This document shows positions 21,590 to 32,129 of a stretch of DNA of 64,000 nt, one piece after another. The stretch spans positions 4,064,001-4,128,000 of the forward strand of contig OZ220732.1 in the NCBI GenBank assembly GCA_965116905.1, given 5' to 3'. A program made the position numbers and the translations under genes. Origin of the DNA: Longimicrobiales bacterium (lineage in GTDB: Bacteria; Gemmatimonadota; Gemmatimonadetes; Longimicrobiales; Gaopeijiaceae). Under the pieces are notes generated by a model, which did no database searches, had not been told where the DNA came from, and saw only the letters and a list, made by a program, of their open reading frames with translations. Positions within the stretch are counted from its first letter, which is position 1; every line of letters starts with the position of its first letter.

Positions 21590-23095
21590 CTACTTCGGCC
21601 GCGGTGTCATCTCCGGCATCCGGTCGAACCAGGGACGCGCGCGCTCGAGCTGTCCGGCAAGCCGCAGAAGCGTTGCCTCGTCGCCGGCGCGGGCCACGAA
21701 ATGCACGCCCACCGGCAGCCCCGTCCCGGTCCAGTGCAGGGGCACCGACATGGCCGGCTGGCCGCTGATGTTGAAGACGGGGGTCCAGGGCGTGTACTCG
21801 AACGCGCTGTCGGCGATGCGGTCCAGCAGCCGGCCCGCCTTGACCAGGTGCCCCGATCCGATTGCGCCCACCAGCCGCAGCTGGAGGTGCTCGAACCGAC
21901 TCGGCGGCAGGGCCCCGATCTTCGGCGGCGGCGTCGCGACGGTGGGCGTCAGCAGCACGTCGTAGTCGGTGAAGAACTGCGCGACGGCCTTGCCGCAGCG
22001 CTCGAGCGTGCGCAGCGAGACGGCCAGTTCCCTGCCCGAGACCGCCCCGGACACCAGGCCGAGCGCCCAGGTCAGCGGCTCGAGTTCCGTCCGGCGGGGC
22101 CGCCTGCCGAGGATCCGCGCGAGGTCCTCGAACTCGGCGCCGACCTCGCCCGCGACCATGACCATGAAGGCACGGGCGAAGGCCTTGCCATCGATGCGGG
22201 GCGTGGCTTCGGTGACGCGGTGGCCGAGTCCTTCCAGCAGCTCCGCCGCCTCGGCCACGGCCCGGGCGCAATCCGGATCGGGCAGGGTCGATCCCACGAG
22301 CGGCCCGGTCGTCCACGCGACCCGCAGGCGCCCGGGCTCGGCGTCCACCTCGTGCGCGTATGGTGCCGCCGGCGGCGCGATCCTGTACGGGGCGCCCGGT
22401 TCCGGGCCGTGGGTGGCGTCGAGCATCGCCGCGCTGTCGCGCACCGAGCGCGTGAGCACGTGCTCGGCCACCGATCCCCGCCACGACTCCGCGTCGCTCG
22501 GCCCCGGCGGGATTCGTCCCCTCGTCGGCTTCAGTCCGAAGAGGCCGCAGCACGATGCCGGCATGCGGATCGAGCCCGCACCGTCGCCGCCACCCGCCAT
22601 CGGCACGATCCCCGCAGCGACCGCCGCCGCCGAACCCCCGCTCGACCCGCCGGGCGTGCGATCCAGCGCCCAGGGGTTCCGGCAGGGCCCCCACAGCTCC
22701 GGCTCCGTGTACGGCAGGAGGCCGAATTCGGGCACGTTGGTCTTGCCCAGGATCGAGACCCCGGTCGCGCGCACGCGCCGCACCAGCTCCGTGTCTTCCT
22801 CGACGACGACATGCCTGGCCACCCGGCTCCCCCCGGACGTGGGGTGTCCGGCATAGCCGCTGAGCAGGTCTTTGGCAAAAAATGGCACGCCTGCGAATAC
22901 GGCGTTGCGGTCGATCCCGGCGGCGCGCTGGCGAGCCTCCGCGTCCATCCGGTACACGACTGCGTTGATCGCCGGATTGACCTCTTCGAGCCGCCGCATC
23001 GCGACCTCGATCAATTCCAGCGTCGTGACCTCGCCGGTGCGCACGAGCCTGGCCAGCGCCGTGGCATCGCAGCGCACGTATTCGTCGTGGGTCAT
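21590..23095 (-). CDS. Amidase (amidase signature family)
   Basis: KDL, GKTNVPE, GGSSGGS, GAGSIRMPA. Confidence 0.93.
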   Translation of the reverse strand: MTHDEYVRCDATALARLVRTGEVTTLELIEVAMRRLEEVNPAINAVVYRMDAEARQRAAGIDRNAVFAGVPFFAKDLLSGYAGHPTSGGSRVARHVVVEEDTELVRRVRATGVSILGKTNVPEFGLLPYTEPELWGPCRNPWALDRTPGGSSGGSAAAVAAGIVPMAGGGDGAGSIRMPASCCGLFGLKPTRGRIPPGPSDAESWRGSVAEHVLTRSVRDSAAMLDATHGPEPGAPYRIAPPAAPYAHEVDAEPGRLRVAWTTGPLVGSTLPDPDCARAVAEAAELLEGLGHRVTEATPRIDGKAFARAFMVMVAGEVGAEFEDLARILGRRPRRTELEPLTWALGLVSGAVSGRELAVSLRTLERCGKAVAQFFTDYDVLLTPTVATPPPKIGALPPSRFEHLQLRLVGAIGSGHLVKAGRLLDRIADSAFEYTPWTPVFNISGQPAMSVPLHWTGTGLPVGVHFVARAGDEATLLRLAGQLERARPWFDRMPEMTPRPK

Positions 23096-23136
23096 GCCCT
23101 GGCAGCTCCGCGTTGCTCTGGTACGACTCCCGCCTA

Positions 23137-23170
23137 CTACATTGGTGACACGTCTACATTGGTGACACGT
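23137..23170. repeat. Perfect 17-bp tandem repeat CTACATTGGTGACACGT x2
   Basis: Read directly, in the divergent intergenic region. Confidence 0.9.
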
Positions 23171-23213
23171 CGCCGAAGTTCGGAAGATGCTGACGGAATC
23201 ACCCGGAGTGCGC

Positions 23214-23780
23214 ATGTTCGCCAACGTTCAGGTGCCAACCGATGCCCTGCCCCACGCGGAGCAGGTCGACTGGCAGCCGCTGCATGCCCGGTTCGCGCGG
23301 CGCCTGCAAGCCGGCGTGCTCCTCCGCATCCTCGTGTTTGCGGGAGTAGGGGCGGGCCTGCACTACGGCGTCGCGACCGGGGGCCTGTCGGCGGTGATCA
23401 GGGCCGCCCCCTCGCTGCCGACGACCGCGTGGACGGTGTTCGGGGTGCTTTCTCTCTGGGCGCTGGCATGGCCCGCGATCGCGGTGCGCTACCGCGGCTA
23501 CGCCGTTCGCGACCGGGACTTGCTGTACAGGTCGGGCGTGCTTTGGCGTTCCGTGCGGGCCGTCCCCTTCAATCGCGTCCAGCACACCAGGACCGACAGC
23601 ACGCCCCTGGACAGGAGATTCGGCCTGGCGAACCTGTCCGTCTTCCCCGCCGGCGGCGGCGCTCACAAGATCCGCGGGCTCGGCGGAGAGACGGCGGAAC
23701 GGCTGCGCGCCTTCGTTTCGGCACGCATCGAGGCCGAGACCGCCAAGGCCACGGACTCCGGCGTTGGCGACCCGGCCTGA
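23214..23780 (+). CDS. bPH_2 domain membrane protein (YdbS-like)
   Basis: Two TM segments, VPFNRVQH, PLDRRFGLA. Confidence 0.85.
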   Translation: MFANVQVPTDALPHAEQVDWQPLHARFARRLQAGVLLRILVFAGVGAGLHYGVATGGLSAVIRAAPSLPTTAWTVFGVLSLWALAWPAIAVRYRGYAVRDRDLLYRSGVLWRSVRAVPFNRVQHTRTDSTPLDRRFGLANLSVFPAGGGAHKIRGLGGETAERLRAFVSARIEAETAKATDSGVGDPA

Positions 23781-25395
23781 CTTCGGCGTCTGGCGGCGGA
23801 CCTCGCCGTTCGCGATCGCGTTCTTTCTCGGCGCCACGATCAAGACGATCGCCGGGAGCTACATCCAGCTCGTCGCCTCCTTCGGCGCCATCGCGTACTT
23901 CACGCGCTTCGATTTCCTGCCCAGTGGCTCCTTGCCGTGGGCGATCCTGCTGGCCGTCCTGGCCATAGGCGCCGCGGCGCTGCTCCGGTACTGGTTCTTC
24001 CGGTTCAGGCTCGAGGAAGACCGCATCCTCATCCGTCAGGGGTTCGTGAAGCGGACAGCGCTCGACCTGCCCTTCGACCGCGTACAGGGGATCAATGTCG
24101 AGCGTTCGCTGGTCGACCGAATCCTGGGCCTCGTCACCGTTCGCCTTGACACGGCGGGCACAGCCACCGCCGAGGGACGGCTTCCCGCCGTCAGCACCGG
24201 GCTGGCCGACTGGCTGCGGACCCGGGTGGACCGTGGGGAGCCCGGGGAGCGGGTCGGCGACGGCGAGGACGGCCGCGGGCGCGCGGAGGGCGAGCGGGAC
24301 GCCGGCGCCGAGAGCCCGTACGGAGCGCCAGAGAGCGCGCTGACTCCCGCCAGCGGCGAGATCCTCGTCGCACTCACCATCAGAGACATGCTTCGGATTG
24401 GCCTCGCCGACCGGAAGGCGCTGGTGCTGGCCGGTGCGCTCGCGGCGCTGGCACAGGCGGCCGAGCCCTTTGAGGATGCCGTCCTCGCCGTACTGGACGG
24501 GCTGCAGACCGCGGTCGCCGACCTCGGCACCTTCAGTCAGGCGACGGCTGTCATCCTCGTGGTGCTCGCCATCCTGCTGGCGCTGTTTCTCGCGGTCGTC
24601 ATCGGCGCGTTCCTTCGTCATCACGACTTCACGCTGTGGCGGCAGGGGACCGCGTTCCGCTCGCGCGGCGGTCTCCTCACCCAGAAGGAAGTCGTCGTCG
24701 AGGCGGCCAAGATCCAGCAGCTCAGGCTGTCCCGGAACCTGGTCCTGCGCTGGCTGGGCCGGTATCGGTTCGAAGCGCTCCCCGCCGGCGCGATACCGGT
24801 GCCCGGAAACGAGGGCCCCGGGAATCTCGAGATCGCGGAAAACCTGACCGTACCGCTGCTCGATGGTTCGGCCGCCGAGACGATGCGGCGTCAGGTGTTC
24901 GCGGCGGAGGCGACGGGACTCACGCTCCTCCCGGCCAGCCCGGGCTTCCGGCGCGTATCACCGTACTACATCCGGGCGCTCGTGCTTCGGTCCGTTGCCG
25001 TCCCGGTCCTGGGCGGCGCGGTGTTCGCCCTTGCGCAGTGGGGTCCGGCGGCGATCGCGAGCGCGCCCTTTGCCGCCTGGTGCCTCCTGTGGCTGGTGTT
25101 GTCGGGACTGATCGGGCTGCAGAGCTGGCGTCGACGCGGCTATCTCCACGACGACGAGGGAATGGCGAGCCGCAGAGGGCTGCTCGGCAGCAGCGTCGAT
25201 GCGTTCCTCTTCCGCAAGGTGCAGGGCGTGACGGTGAAGCGGTCTCCGCTGCAGCGCCGCAGGGGACTGGCGACGCTGGAAGTGCATCTGTCGTCGGGCG
25301 TCGTCACGGTTCCATATATCGCGCGGGACACCGCCACGGGGTTGCGGGACTACATCCTCTACAAGGTGGAGTCGACCCGCTTGCCCTGGCACTGA
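23764..25395 (+). CDS. bPH_2 domain membrane protein (YdbT-like)
   Basis: RVQGINV..LDTAG, KIQ, KVQ..SPLQRRRGLA repeats. Confidence 0.85.
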   Translation: MATRPDFGVWRRTSPFAIAFFLGATIKTIAGSYIQLVASFGAIAYFTRFDFLPSGSLPWAILLAVLAIGAAALLRYWFFRFRLEEDRILIRQGFVKRTALDLPFDRVQGINVERSLVDRILGLVTVRLDTAGTATAEGRLPAVSTGLADWLRTRVDRGEPGERVGDGEDGRGRAEGERDAGAESPYGAPESALTPASGEILVALTIRDMLRIGLADRKALVLAGALAALAQAAEPFEDAVLAVLDGLQTAVADLGTFSQATAVILVVLAILLALFLAVVIGAFLRHHDFTLWRQGTAFRSRGGLLTQKEVVVEAAKIQQLRLSRNLVLRWLGRYRFEALPAGAIPVPGNEGPGNLEIAENLTVPLLDGSAAETMRRQVFAAEATGLTLLPASPGFRRVSPYYIRALVLRSVAVPVLGGAVFALAQWGPAAIASAPFAAWCLLWLVLSGLIGLQSWRRRGYLHDDEGMASRRGLLGSSVDAFLFRKVQGVTVKRSPLQRRRGLATLEVHLSSGVVTVPYIARDTATGLRDYILYKVESTRLPWH

Positions 25396-25406
25396 AGGAG
25401 GAGCGG

Positions 25407-26342
25407 ATGAAGCCGCGGCGCACCGGACGCCTGCGACCGAGGGGCTACGACATCACCGTCGACCTCGGGCTCTTCGCGACCGCCCTGATATGGGGACTCA
25501 ACTTCCCCGTCGTGAAGGCGGCGCTGCGCGAAATTGGCCCGCTCGCCTTCAACGCGCTGCGATTCCCGTGTGCCGCACTGGCCGTCTGGGTTCTGCTGCG
25601 CGTACAGGGCCGCCGGCTCATGCCGGCCCGAAAGGACTGGCTGCCGGTCCTCGGGCTGGCGGTCTTCGGCCACGTCACCTTCCAGATCGGCTTCATCTAC
25701 GGACTGGCCTGGACACTGACCGGCAACGCGGCCCTGCTCCTCTCCACGAGTCCGGTGTGGGTCCTGCTCCTGGGCCTGGCGGTGGGAAGGGAACGGTTTA
25801 ACCCGCGCATCCTCGCCGGCGTCGTCGCCACATTGGCCGGCACGGTCGTCCTGATCACCGGAGGCGGCGGCGAGGTCGGTGGAGCGCGGTGGGGCGACCT
25901 GATGGTGCTTGGGGCCGCAGTTTCCTGGTCGGTCTACACCGTCTACGGCCGCCGGATGACCAAGCGGCGCGGCGTCCTCGAGATGACCGCGTGGACGCTG
26001 TGGGCCGCGATGCCCATCCTGGTGCTCATGGGCGTCCCCGAGCTGGTGCGCATGGATTGGGCGGCGGTCTCACTGGAAGCCTGGCTGGGGGTCGTGTACG
26101 CGGGAATCTTCGCGATCGCGGTCGGATACCTGCTCTGGTATCGGGGTGTGCGCGTGATTGGCCAGAGCCGCACCTCGGTGTACCAGAATCTGGTTCCCGT
26201 GATCGCCCTTGGGGCCGCCTGGTTGTGGCTGGGCGAGACACCGAACCCGCAGCAACTGATCGGCGCGGCCGTGATCCTGTCGGGGGTCGTGGTCGCCCGG
26301 AGGTCGGGGTCGGTCACCGCGTCCCGGTCGCGCCGGCGTTGA
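25407..26342 (+). CDS. DMT/EamA family transporter
   Basis: IWGLNFPVVK, about 10 TM segments, duplicated EamA architecture. Confidence 0.9.
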   Translation: MKPRRTGRLRPRGYDITVDLGLFATALIWGLNFPVVKAALREIGPLAFNALRFPCAALAVWVLLRVQGRRLMPARKDWLPVLGLAVFGHVTFQIGFIYGLAWTLTGNAALLLSTSPVWVLLLGLAVGRERFNPRILAGVVATLAGTVVLITGGGGEVGGARWGDLMVLGAAVSWSVYTVYGRRMTKRRGVLEMTAWTLWAAMPILVLMGVPELVRMDWAAVSLEAWLGVVYAGIFAIAVGYLLWYRGVRVIGQSRTSVYQNLVPVIALGAAWLWLGETPNPQQLIGAAVILSGVVVARRSGSVTASRSRRR

Positions 26343-26432
26343 CGGAGTATGCGCGAGAACCCGAGTTTTGTCCGATATTGTCGTATCTTGCGACAAAAAC
26401 GGCGATCCGTCTCCCCAAACCCTCCACGAGTC

Positions 26433-27272
26433 ATGATCGATATCAACGAAATCGGCGCGACCGCCTTCGTCATCGCGTCCATCCGGGCCCTCGAGCCCGA
26501 AAAGCCGCATCCCCTCTTCAACGATCCCTACGCCCAGTGGTTCTCGAACGACCGCGCCCGCGCGGCGGCGGAGCAACTGGACGCGGTCTTTCCGCCTTCC
26601 ACCAGCATGGTCCGGTTCCGCACGCGCTACTTCAACCGTTTCGTCGAGCAGGAGATCGCGGCGGGAGCCCGGCAGGTGGTCCTGCTCGGGGGCGGCTTCG
26701 ACATGCGCGCGCACATCTATGCCGACGCGGACGCCGACTTCTTCGAGGTCGATCAGAAGGCGGTCGTCGAATTCAAGCGCGTGATCCTGGGGCGCAACGG
26801 GATCGCGCAGCCGCCGTCGCTCCCGGCCAACTACCTGGAGGCCGATGTGTCGGGCGGCCTGGCCGACCTCGGCTTCGATCCCAACGCCTCCACGCTGATG
26901 GTCTGGGAGGGCAACACCATGTACCTGCCCCCCGAGAGCATCATGCCTTTCCTCAACCGACTCGCCGACACGATGACCTCGTTTCGCATCGCTTTCGACT
27001 ACTTCGCCGTCGACCTGCAGAGCCGCGACTTCGAAACCGACGAGGACAGAAAGCGGCTCGAGGGCGTCGAGAAGGCGATGGGCGCCTCGTTCCCCACCGG
27101 ATTCGCCGACCTGGCCGTCTTCGAGGAGCAGGCGCCGTTCAGGGTGGTCGACGACGGCTCCTTCGCCAGCCTGGCCAAGGAGTTCGGGCTGGGCGAGATG
27201 GTGGCCAACTACCCCGAGGACTGGCGGGAGACACTCAAGCTGTACCGGTACTGTGTCCTGGAACGGCGCTAA
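26433..27272 (+). CDS. SAM-dependent methyltransferase (LCM family)
   Basis: DPYA, RTRYF, QVVLLGGGFDMR, FEVD, WEG. Confidence 0.88.
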   Translation: MIDINEIGATAFVIASIRALEPEKPHPLFNDPYAQWFSNDRARAAAEQLDAVFPPSTSMVRFRTRYFNRFVEQEIAAGARQVVLLGGGFDMRAHIYADADADFFEVDQKAVVEFKRVILGRNGIAQPPSLPANYLEADVSGGLADLGFDPNASTLMVWEGNTMYLPPESIMPFLNRLADTMTSFRIAFDYFAVDLQSRDFETDEDRKRLEGVEKAMGASFPTGFADLAVFEEQAPFRVVDDGSFASLAKEFGLGEMVANYPEDWRETLKLYRYCVLERR

Positions 27273-27304
27273 TGTGCGTCACCAATGCGCGGCGCTAATG
27301 CGCG

Positions 27305-30300
27305 TCACCCTCCGTCCGCGATGATCACCATGCCGCGCGCCCTGAGCATTTCGTTCAGCGCGGCCACCTCGTCCGCGACCAGCGCGTCCAGCGCCTCCAG
27401 GTGCTCCCGCAGCTGCTCGTGCAGCAGCACCTTCACCTCCAGTTCCTGGTCGGTGGGCGGAAAGTCGGCCACCGAGATCGCGCCCGTCAGGTAGCCGAGC
27501 TTCTGCAGCAGCTTCGCCTCGAAGCGCACGCCGTCCTGGCCCTGACCCGTGAGACGCAGGTCGACCATGTTGCTCTGCAGGTCGACGAGCTGGTCGCGCA
27601 GCGTGGCCATCGCCTCGGTGAGCGCGTCGTCGTCGGCGAAGCGTGACATGGTCGCGAGCTGCACCCGGATCGCCTCGACCCGGTGGACCGCCTCGCCCGC
27701 CGCGACCACGTCGTCGCGGACCTCGCGGATGAAGGCGACCTGGGCCGCGATGTCGGCTTCGGTGCCTGCCGAGTGGGGGTCCTTGATGACCGTGAGGGGC
27801 TGCTCCTGGCTCTCGCCGGCCGCGTTGAGCCTCACCGTGTAGCGCCCGGGCGGGAGCAGAATCGAGATCTGCCGCGCCCCCGGTGCTCCCCGGCCCTCCT
27901 CGCCGACGGCGATGTGTTCCGCGTACATCGGGCTGGTCAATAGCCGGATGGGCCCGTTGGGCTCGTCCCGCAGGTCCCAGTGGATGCGGTTGACGCCGGC
28001 GTTGCTGGTGCCGGCCAGCGTTCGCACGACCTCGCCGGCCGCGTCGAGGATCTCGACCGTGGGTGCTTCGGCCGCGCCGCTAGCCGCCGCTTCGGCCGCA
28101 GTCTCCCCCAGCCAGTAGTTGATCGACGCGCCGTACTCGGGGTCCCTCCCCTCGGTGGGGTCGCTGTAGGGGACCGACGGCGGCGTGATGGCGCGGAAGC
28201 GGTAGGCGTCACGGGGCACGAAGAGGTGTGAGGACGAGGCCATCACCTCGGGCGTGAGCTGCTGGAGCGGCGTGAGGTCGTCCAGGATCCAGAAGCCCCG
28301 GCCGTATGTGCCCACGACCAGGTCGCCGAAGTGCTCCTGCACGACCAGTCCCGACACCGGCGCCGCGGGCAGGTTGTTCTGCAGCGGCTGCCAGTTGTCG
28401 CCGTCGTCGAACGACACGTAGAGCGCGTTTTCGGTTCCCACGTACAGCAGCCCCTGCCGCTTCGTGTCTTCGGCGATCACCTTCGTGTAGCTGAGCATGC
28501 TGGGCGGAATCCCGTTCGTGATCTTCTCGAACGAGGCGCCGTAGTCCCGGGTCCTGTAGACATAGGGATCGCGCACATTCACCTGGTGGCCGTCAATGGC
28601 CACGTAGGCCGTCCCGGCGTCGTAACGGGACACCGCGATCGACCGGACCGCCATCCACTCCGGCAAACCCGGCATGTTGCCCGTGACGTTCGTCCACGTG
28701 GCGCCGCCGTCCCGGGTGACCTGGAGCAGCCCGTCGTTGGTGCCCGCCCAGATCAGCCCCTCCTCGACCGGCGACTCGGCGATGCCGAAGACCGTGCCCG
28801 CGTACTCCACCCCGATGTTGTCACCCGTCAGGCCGCCCGAGAGCCCCATGCGGCTGCGGTCGTTCAGCGTCAGGTCCGGGCTGATCACCTCCCAGCTCTG
28901 CCCGCCGTTGCGGGTCCGGTGCACGTGCTGGCTCCCCACGTACACGGTGTTGTTGTCGTGCGGCGAGATGTGGATCGGCGCGTCCCAGATGAAGCGGTAG
29001 CGCACGCCCGACGCCGCGCCCCGGCTCTGCTCCGGCCACACCTCGACGGCGCGGTACTGGCGCCGGTCCTCCTCGTAGCGCACCACGATGCCCCCCACCA
29101 TCCCCGATCCCGAAGCCGAGGACCAGACAATGTTCGGATCGGTCGGATCCGGCGTGGCCCACCCGCTCTCGCCGCCGCCCACATGGTGCCACATGCCGCG
29201 CGGAATCCCCGTGATCCGGCGCTGGCCCTGGATGCGGCTGTTGCTGGGCCCCCGGTAGGTCGGCTCGTCCTGTTTGTTGCCGAGCACGTTGTACGGGATC
29301 GCGTTGTCCACCGTCACGTGGTACATCTGCGCATTGGTGAGCCGCTGGCGGAACCACGTCTTCCCCCGGTTGATCGAGATCGACAGCCCCTGGTCGTGCG
29401 CGACGATCATGCGGTTCGGGTTGGTGGGGTCGATCCACATGTCGTGGTGGTCCCCGCCGGGCGCCTGGGGCCGCGGCGTCACGTCCAGCGTCCGCCCGCC
29501 GTCGGTCGAGGTCGTGAACGAGGCGGTGAGGAAGTACGCCTCGTCCTCGTCGTTGGGCGAGATGACCACGCGCGAGTAGTAGTGCGGCCGGCCCATGGCG
29601 TTGCGGTTGCGGGTGATCAGCGCCCACGTGCGCCCTCCGTCCTCCGAGCGCCAGAGCTGACCGTCCTCGGTCTCGCGTCCCTCCCACGGAATCCCGTCGC
29701 CCGTTTCCAGCATGGCGTAGACCCTGTCCGGATTCGACGGCGCGACCGCCACCGCCACCTTCCCGACCGGCTTCTCGGGCAGCCCGATCCCGTTGTCCGG
29801 CCCGTTCAGCTTCGTCCAGGTGTCCCCGCCGTCCCGCGAGACGTGCAGGCCGCCGCCGGGCCCGCCGGAGGTCCGCCCCCACGTGTGAATCTCCAGCTGC
29901 CAGGTGCCCGCAAACAGCACACGCGGGTTGGACGGGTCCATGGCGATATCGGAACATCCGGTGTCCTCGTCGACGAACAGCACCCGCTCCCACGTCGCGC
30001 CGCCGTCGGTGGTGCGGAACACGCCGCGCTCCGGCTGAGGGCCATACGCATGCCCCAGCGCGCACATGAACACGATGTCGGGGTTGGTGGGATGAATCGC
30101 CATCCGCGGAATCCGCCCGGTCTGCTCCAGTCCCATCAGCCCCCAGGTGGCCCCGGCATCGGTCGACTTGTAGACGCCCTGCCCAAGCGACACATGGCTG
30201 CGAATCTTCCCCTCGCCGGTCCCGGCCCAGACAATGTTCGGATCGGCCTGCGCCACACCCAGCGACCCGATCGACTGCACCGGCTGGTCGTCGAAGATGG

Positions 30301-30559
30301 CGTCCCAGTGCACGCCTCCGTCCGTCGTCTTGTAGATCCCGCCCGACGCGGCGCCGACGTAGTACGTGTGCGGATCGCCGATGATCCCGGCCGCCGCCGA
30401 AAAGCGGTTGCCCTCGGGGCCGATGTGCCGCCACTCGAGCGCGGTGTAGGCGGCGGGGTCGGGGGCCTGCTGGGCCGTGGCGGTATGCCGATCGACCGCC
30501 GCGAAGAGCAGGACTGCGGGGGCGACGAGGAGCCAGAGTCGGGAGCGATGGGTGTGCAT
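27305..30559 (-). CDS. VPS10/BNR-repeat glycosyl hydrolase-like protein
   Basis: Many (S/T)xDGGxTW Asp-boxes, WRHIGP, DHH, GGGESG, GTYGRGFWILDD. Confidence 0.88.
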   Translation of the reverse strand: MHTHRSRLWLLVAPAVLLFAAVDRHTATAQQAPDPAAYTALEWRHIGPEGNRFSAAAGIIGDPHTYYVGAASGGIYKTTDGGVHWDAIFDDQPVQSIGSLGVAQADPNIVWAGTGEGKIRSHVSLGQGVYKSTDAGATWGLMGLEQTGRIPRMAIHPTNPDIVFMCALGHAYGPQPERGVFRTTDGGATWERVLFVDEDTGCSDIAMDPSNPRVLFAGTWQLEIHTWGRTSGGPGGGLHVSRDGGDTWTKLNGPDNGIGLPEKPVGKVAVAVAPSNPDRVYAMLETGDGIPWEGRETEDGQLWRSEDGGRTWALITRNRNAMGRPHYYSRVVISPNDEDEAYFLTASFTTSTDGGRTLDVTPRPQAPGGDHHDMWIDPTNPNRMIVAHDQGLSISINRGKTWFRQRLTNAQMYHVTVDNAIPYNVLGNKQDEPTYRGPSNSRIQGQRRITGIPRGMWHHVGGGESGWATPDPTDPNIVWSSASGSGMVGGIVVRYEEDRRQYRAVEVWPEQSRGAASGVRYRFIWDAPIHISPHDNNTVYVGSQHVHRTRNGGQSWEVISPDLTLNDRSRMGLSGGLTGDNIGVEYAGTVFGIAESPVEEGLIWAGTNDGLLQVTRDGGATWTNVTGNMPGLPEWMAVRSIAVSRYDAGTAYVAIDGHQVNVRDPYVYRTRDYGASFEKITNGIPPSMLSYTKVIAEDTKRQGLLYVGTENALYVSFDDGDNWQPLQNNLPAAPVSGLVVQEHFGDLVVGTYGRGFWILDDLTPLQQLTPEVMASSSHLFVPRDAYRFRAITPPSVPYSDPTEGRDPEYGASINYWLGETAAEAAASGAAEAPTVEILDAAGEVVRTLAGTSNAGVNRIHWDLRDEPNGPIRLLTSPMYAEHIAVGEEGRGAPGARQISILLPPGRYTVRLNAAGESQEQPLTVIKDPHSAGTEADIAAQVAFIREVRDDVVAAGEAVHRVEAIRVQLATMSRFADDDALTEAMATLRDQLVDLQSNMVDLRLTGQGQDGVRFEAKLLQKLGYLTGAISVADFPPTDQELEVKVLLHEQLREHLEALDALVADEVAALNEMLRARGMVIIADGG

Positions 30560-30799
30560 GACGGACCTTGGGTGGGGGAATGAGAGCGAACGCGTCCTTG
30601 CGGTGAGTCGAACCGCGCCACGCGGCAAGATGCTGCGGCGCGGCACGAAGGAGAGCGTACACTCCGTTTCGGGAGGGTGTGGCGCAAGTGGCTTCCGGGT
30701 CGGATGCGGCCGGAGTCCCCCATTTGGTCTTTGCCATATTGTCGACTATATTCATGCCGACATCCATGATAATTATATGCTAAACTATCAGATAATATC

Positions 30800-32074
30800 A
30801 TGTCATATTCTCAGATCAATGGCACGGGCTATCGGCCGAGGATCGTTGACGACGAGCTTGTTGAGAGACTCGCGGCAATCGGTGCTGTTGTCCTGGAAGG
30901 TCCCAAGAGCTGTGGCAAGACGGCCACCGGCCGGCACCACGCCGCCAGCGAAGTACTCCTCGACGTGGACCGAAACGCTCGGCACATGGTCGGCATCGAT
31001 CCCGGTGCCGTGCTGCGTGGGGAGACTCCGCGGCTGATCGACGAATGGCAGACCGAACCGGACATCTGGAATCATGTTCGGCGTGCCGTGGACGACCGAC
31101 GCGCACCCGGACAGTTCATCCTGACCGGCTCCGCCGTCCCCGCCGACGACGTGACCCGCCACACGGGCGCGGGCCGGCTCACCCGACTGCGGATGCGTCC
31201 GTTCTCGCTCTTCGAGGCCGACCAATCAACAGGCGAAATCTCGTTGCGGCACCTGCTCGAGGGGGCTCGACAGCGCGCTGAACGATCTGATCTGCCGGTC
31301 GCGAACCTGGCGGAGTTGGTCTGCAGGGGTGGATGGCCGGGCCACTTCCAGTATCCCCTGGCCCGTGCCCTGCGCCTGAATCGGGACTATCTCAACGAGA
31401 TTCGCCGCGTCGACATCTCGAGAGTCAGCAGCCGAAGGAGGAATCCCGTAAAGGTGGGACGTCTGCTCCGATCCCTTGCCCGCAACACGGCGACCCCAGC
31501 CTCGATCCGGACGCTTGTCGCCGATGTGCGGGGACGGGGCACGACCCTGGCATGGGAAACGGCCTCGGAATACCTCGAAGCCCTCGAACGACTCATGGTC
31601 GTGGAGGACCTGCCGGCCTGGTCCCCGCACTTGCGCTCGCGGACCACGCTGAGGACGACCCCTGTCCGTCACTTTGTCGATCCATCTCTTGCGGCTGCGG
31701 CGCTGCACGCATCCCCGCAGCGATTGATGGACGACCTTGAGTACTTCGGCTTTCTCTTCGAATCGATGGTCATCCGCGACCTCCGCGTCTACGCCCAGCC
31801 CATCGAGGCCGAAGTGTTCCATTACCGCGAGAAAGGGGGCCTGGAGGTGGACGCGGTCGTGGAAGCCTACGATGGTCGCTGGGCTGCTTTTGAAGTGAAG
31901 CTCGGAGGCCGCTGGGTCGACAAGGGCATGGCCAACCTGCGGAAACTCGCTCGTCGCATGCAGAAAGGCGGCCGCGGCGAGCCCTCCGCTCTGGCGGTGA
32001 TCGTGGCCAACGGATACGGTCATGTGCGATGCGGTGAGGTGGGCGTGATTCCGATTGGAGCGCTGGGGCCCTAG
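30800..32074 (+). CDS. AAA ATPase + DUF4143 protein
   Basis: GPKSCGKT, IDEWQ, ILTGS, EVDAVV..FEVK. Confidence 0.9.
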   Translation: MSYSQINGTGYRPRIVDDELVERLAAIGAVVLEGPKSCGKTATGRHHAASEVLLDVDRNARHMVGIDPGAVLRGETPRLIDEWQTEPDIWNHVRRAVDDRRAPGQFILTGSAVPADDVTRHTGAGRLTRLRMRPFSLFEADQSTGEISLRHLLEGARQRAERSDLPVANLAELVCRGGWPGHFQYPLARALRLNRDYLNEIRRVDISRVSSRRRNPVKVGRLLRSLARNTATPASIRTLVADVRGRGTTLAWETASEYLEALERLMVVEDLPAWSPHLRSRTTLRTTPVRHFVDPSLAAAALHASPQRLMDDLEYFGFLFESMVIRDLRVYAQPIEAEVFHYREKGGLEVDAVVEAYDGRWAAFEVKLGGRWVDKGMANLRKLARRMQKGGRGEPSALAVIVANGYGHVRCGEVGVIPIGALGP

Positions 32075-32129
32075 CCACAGGCGGCGGGTTGCGGCGAGGC
32101 TTTCCGAAGCAGACAGGAGCGAAGCCCCG

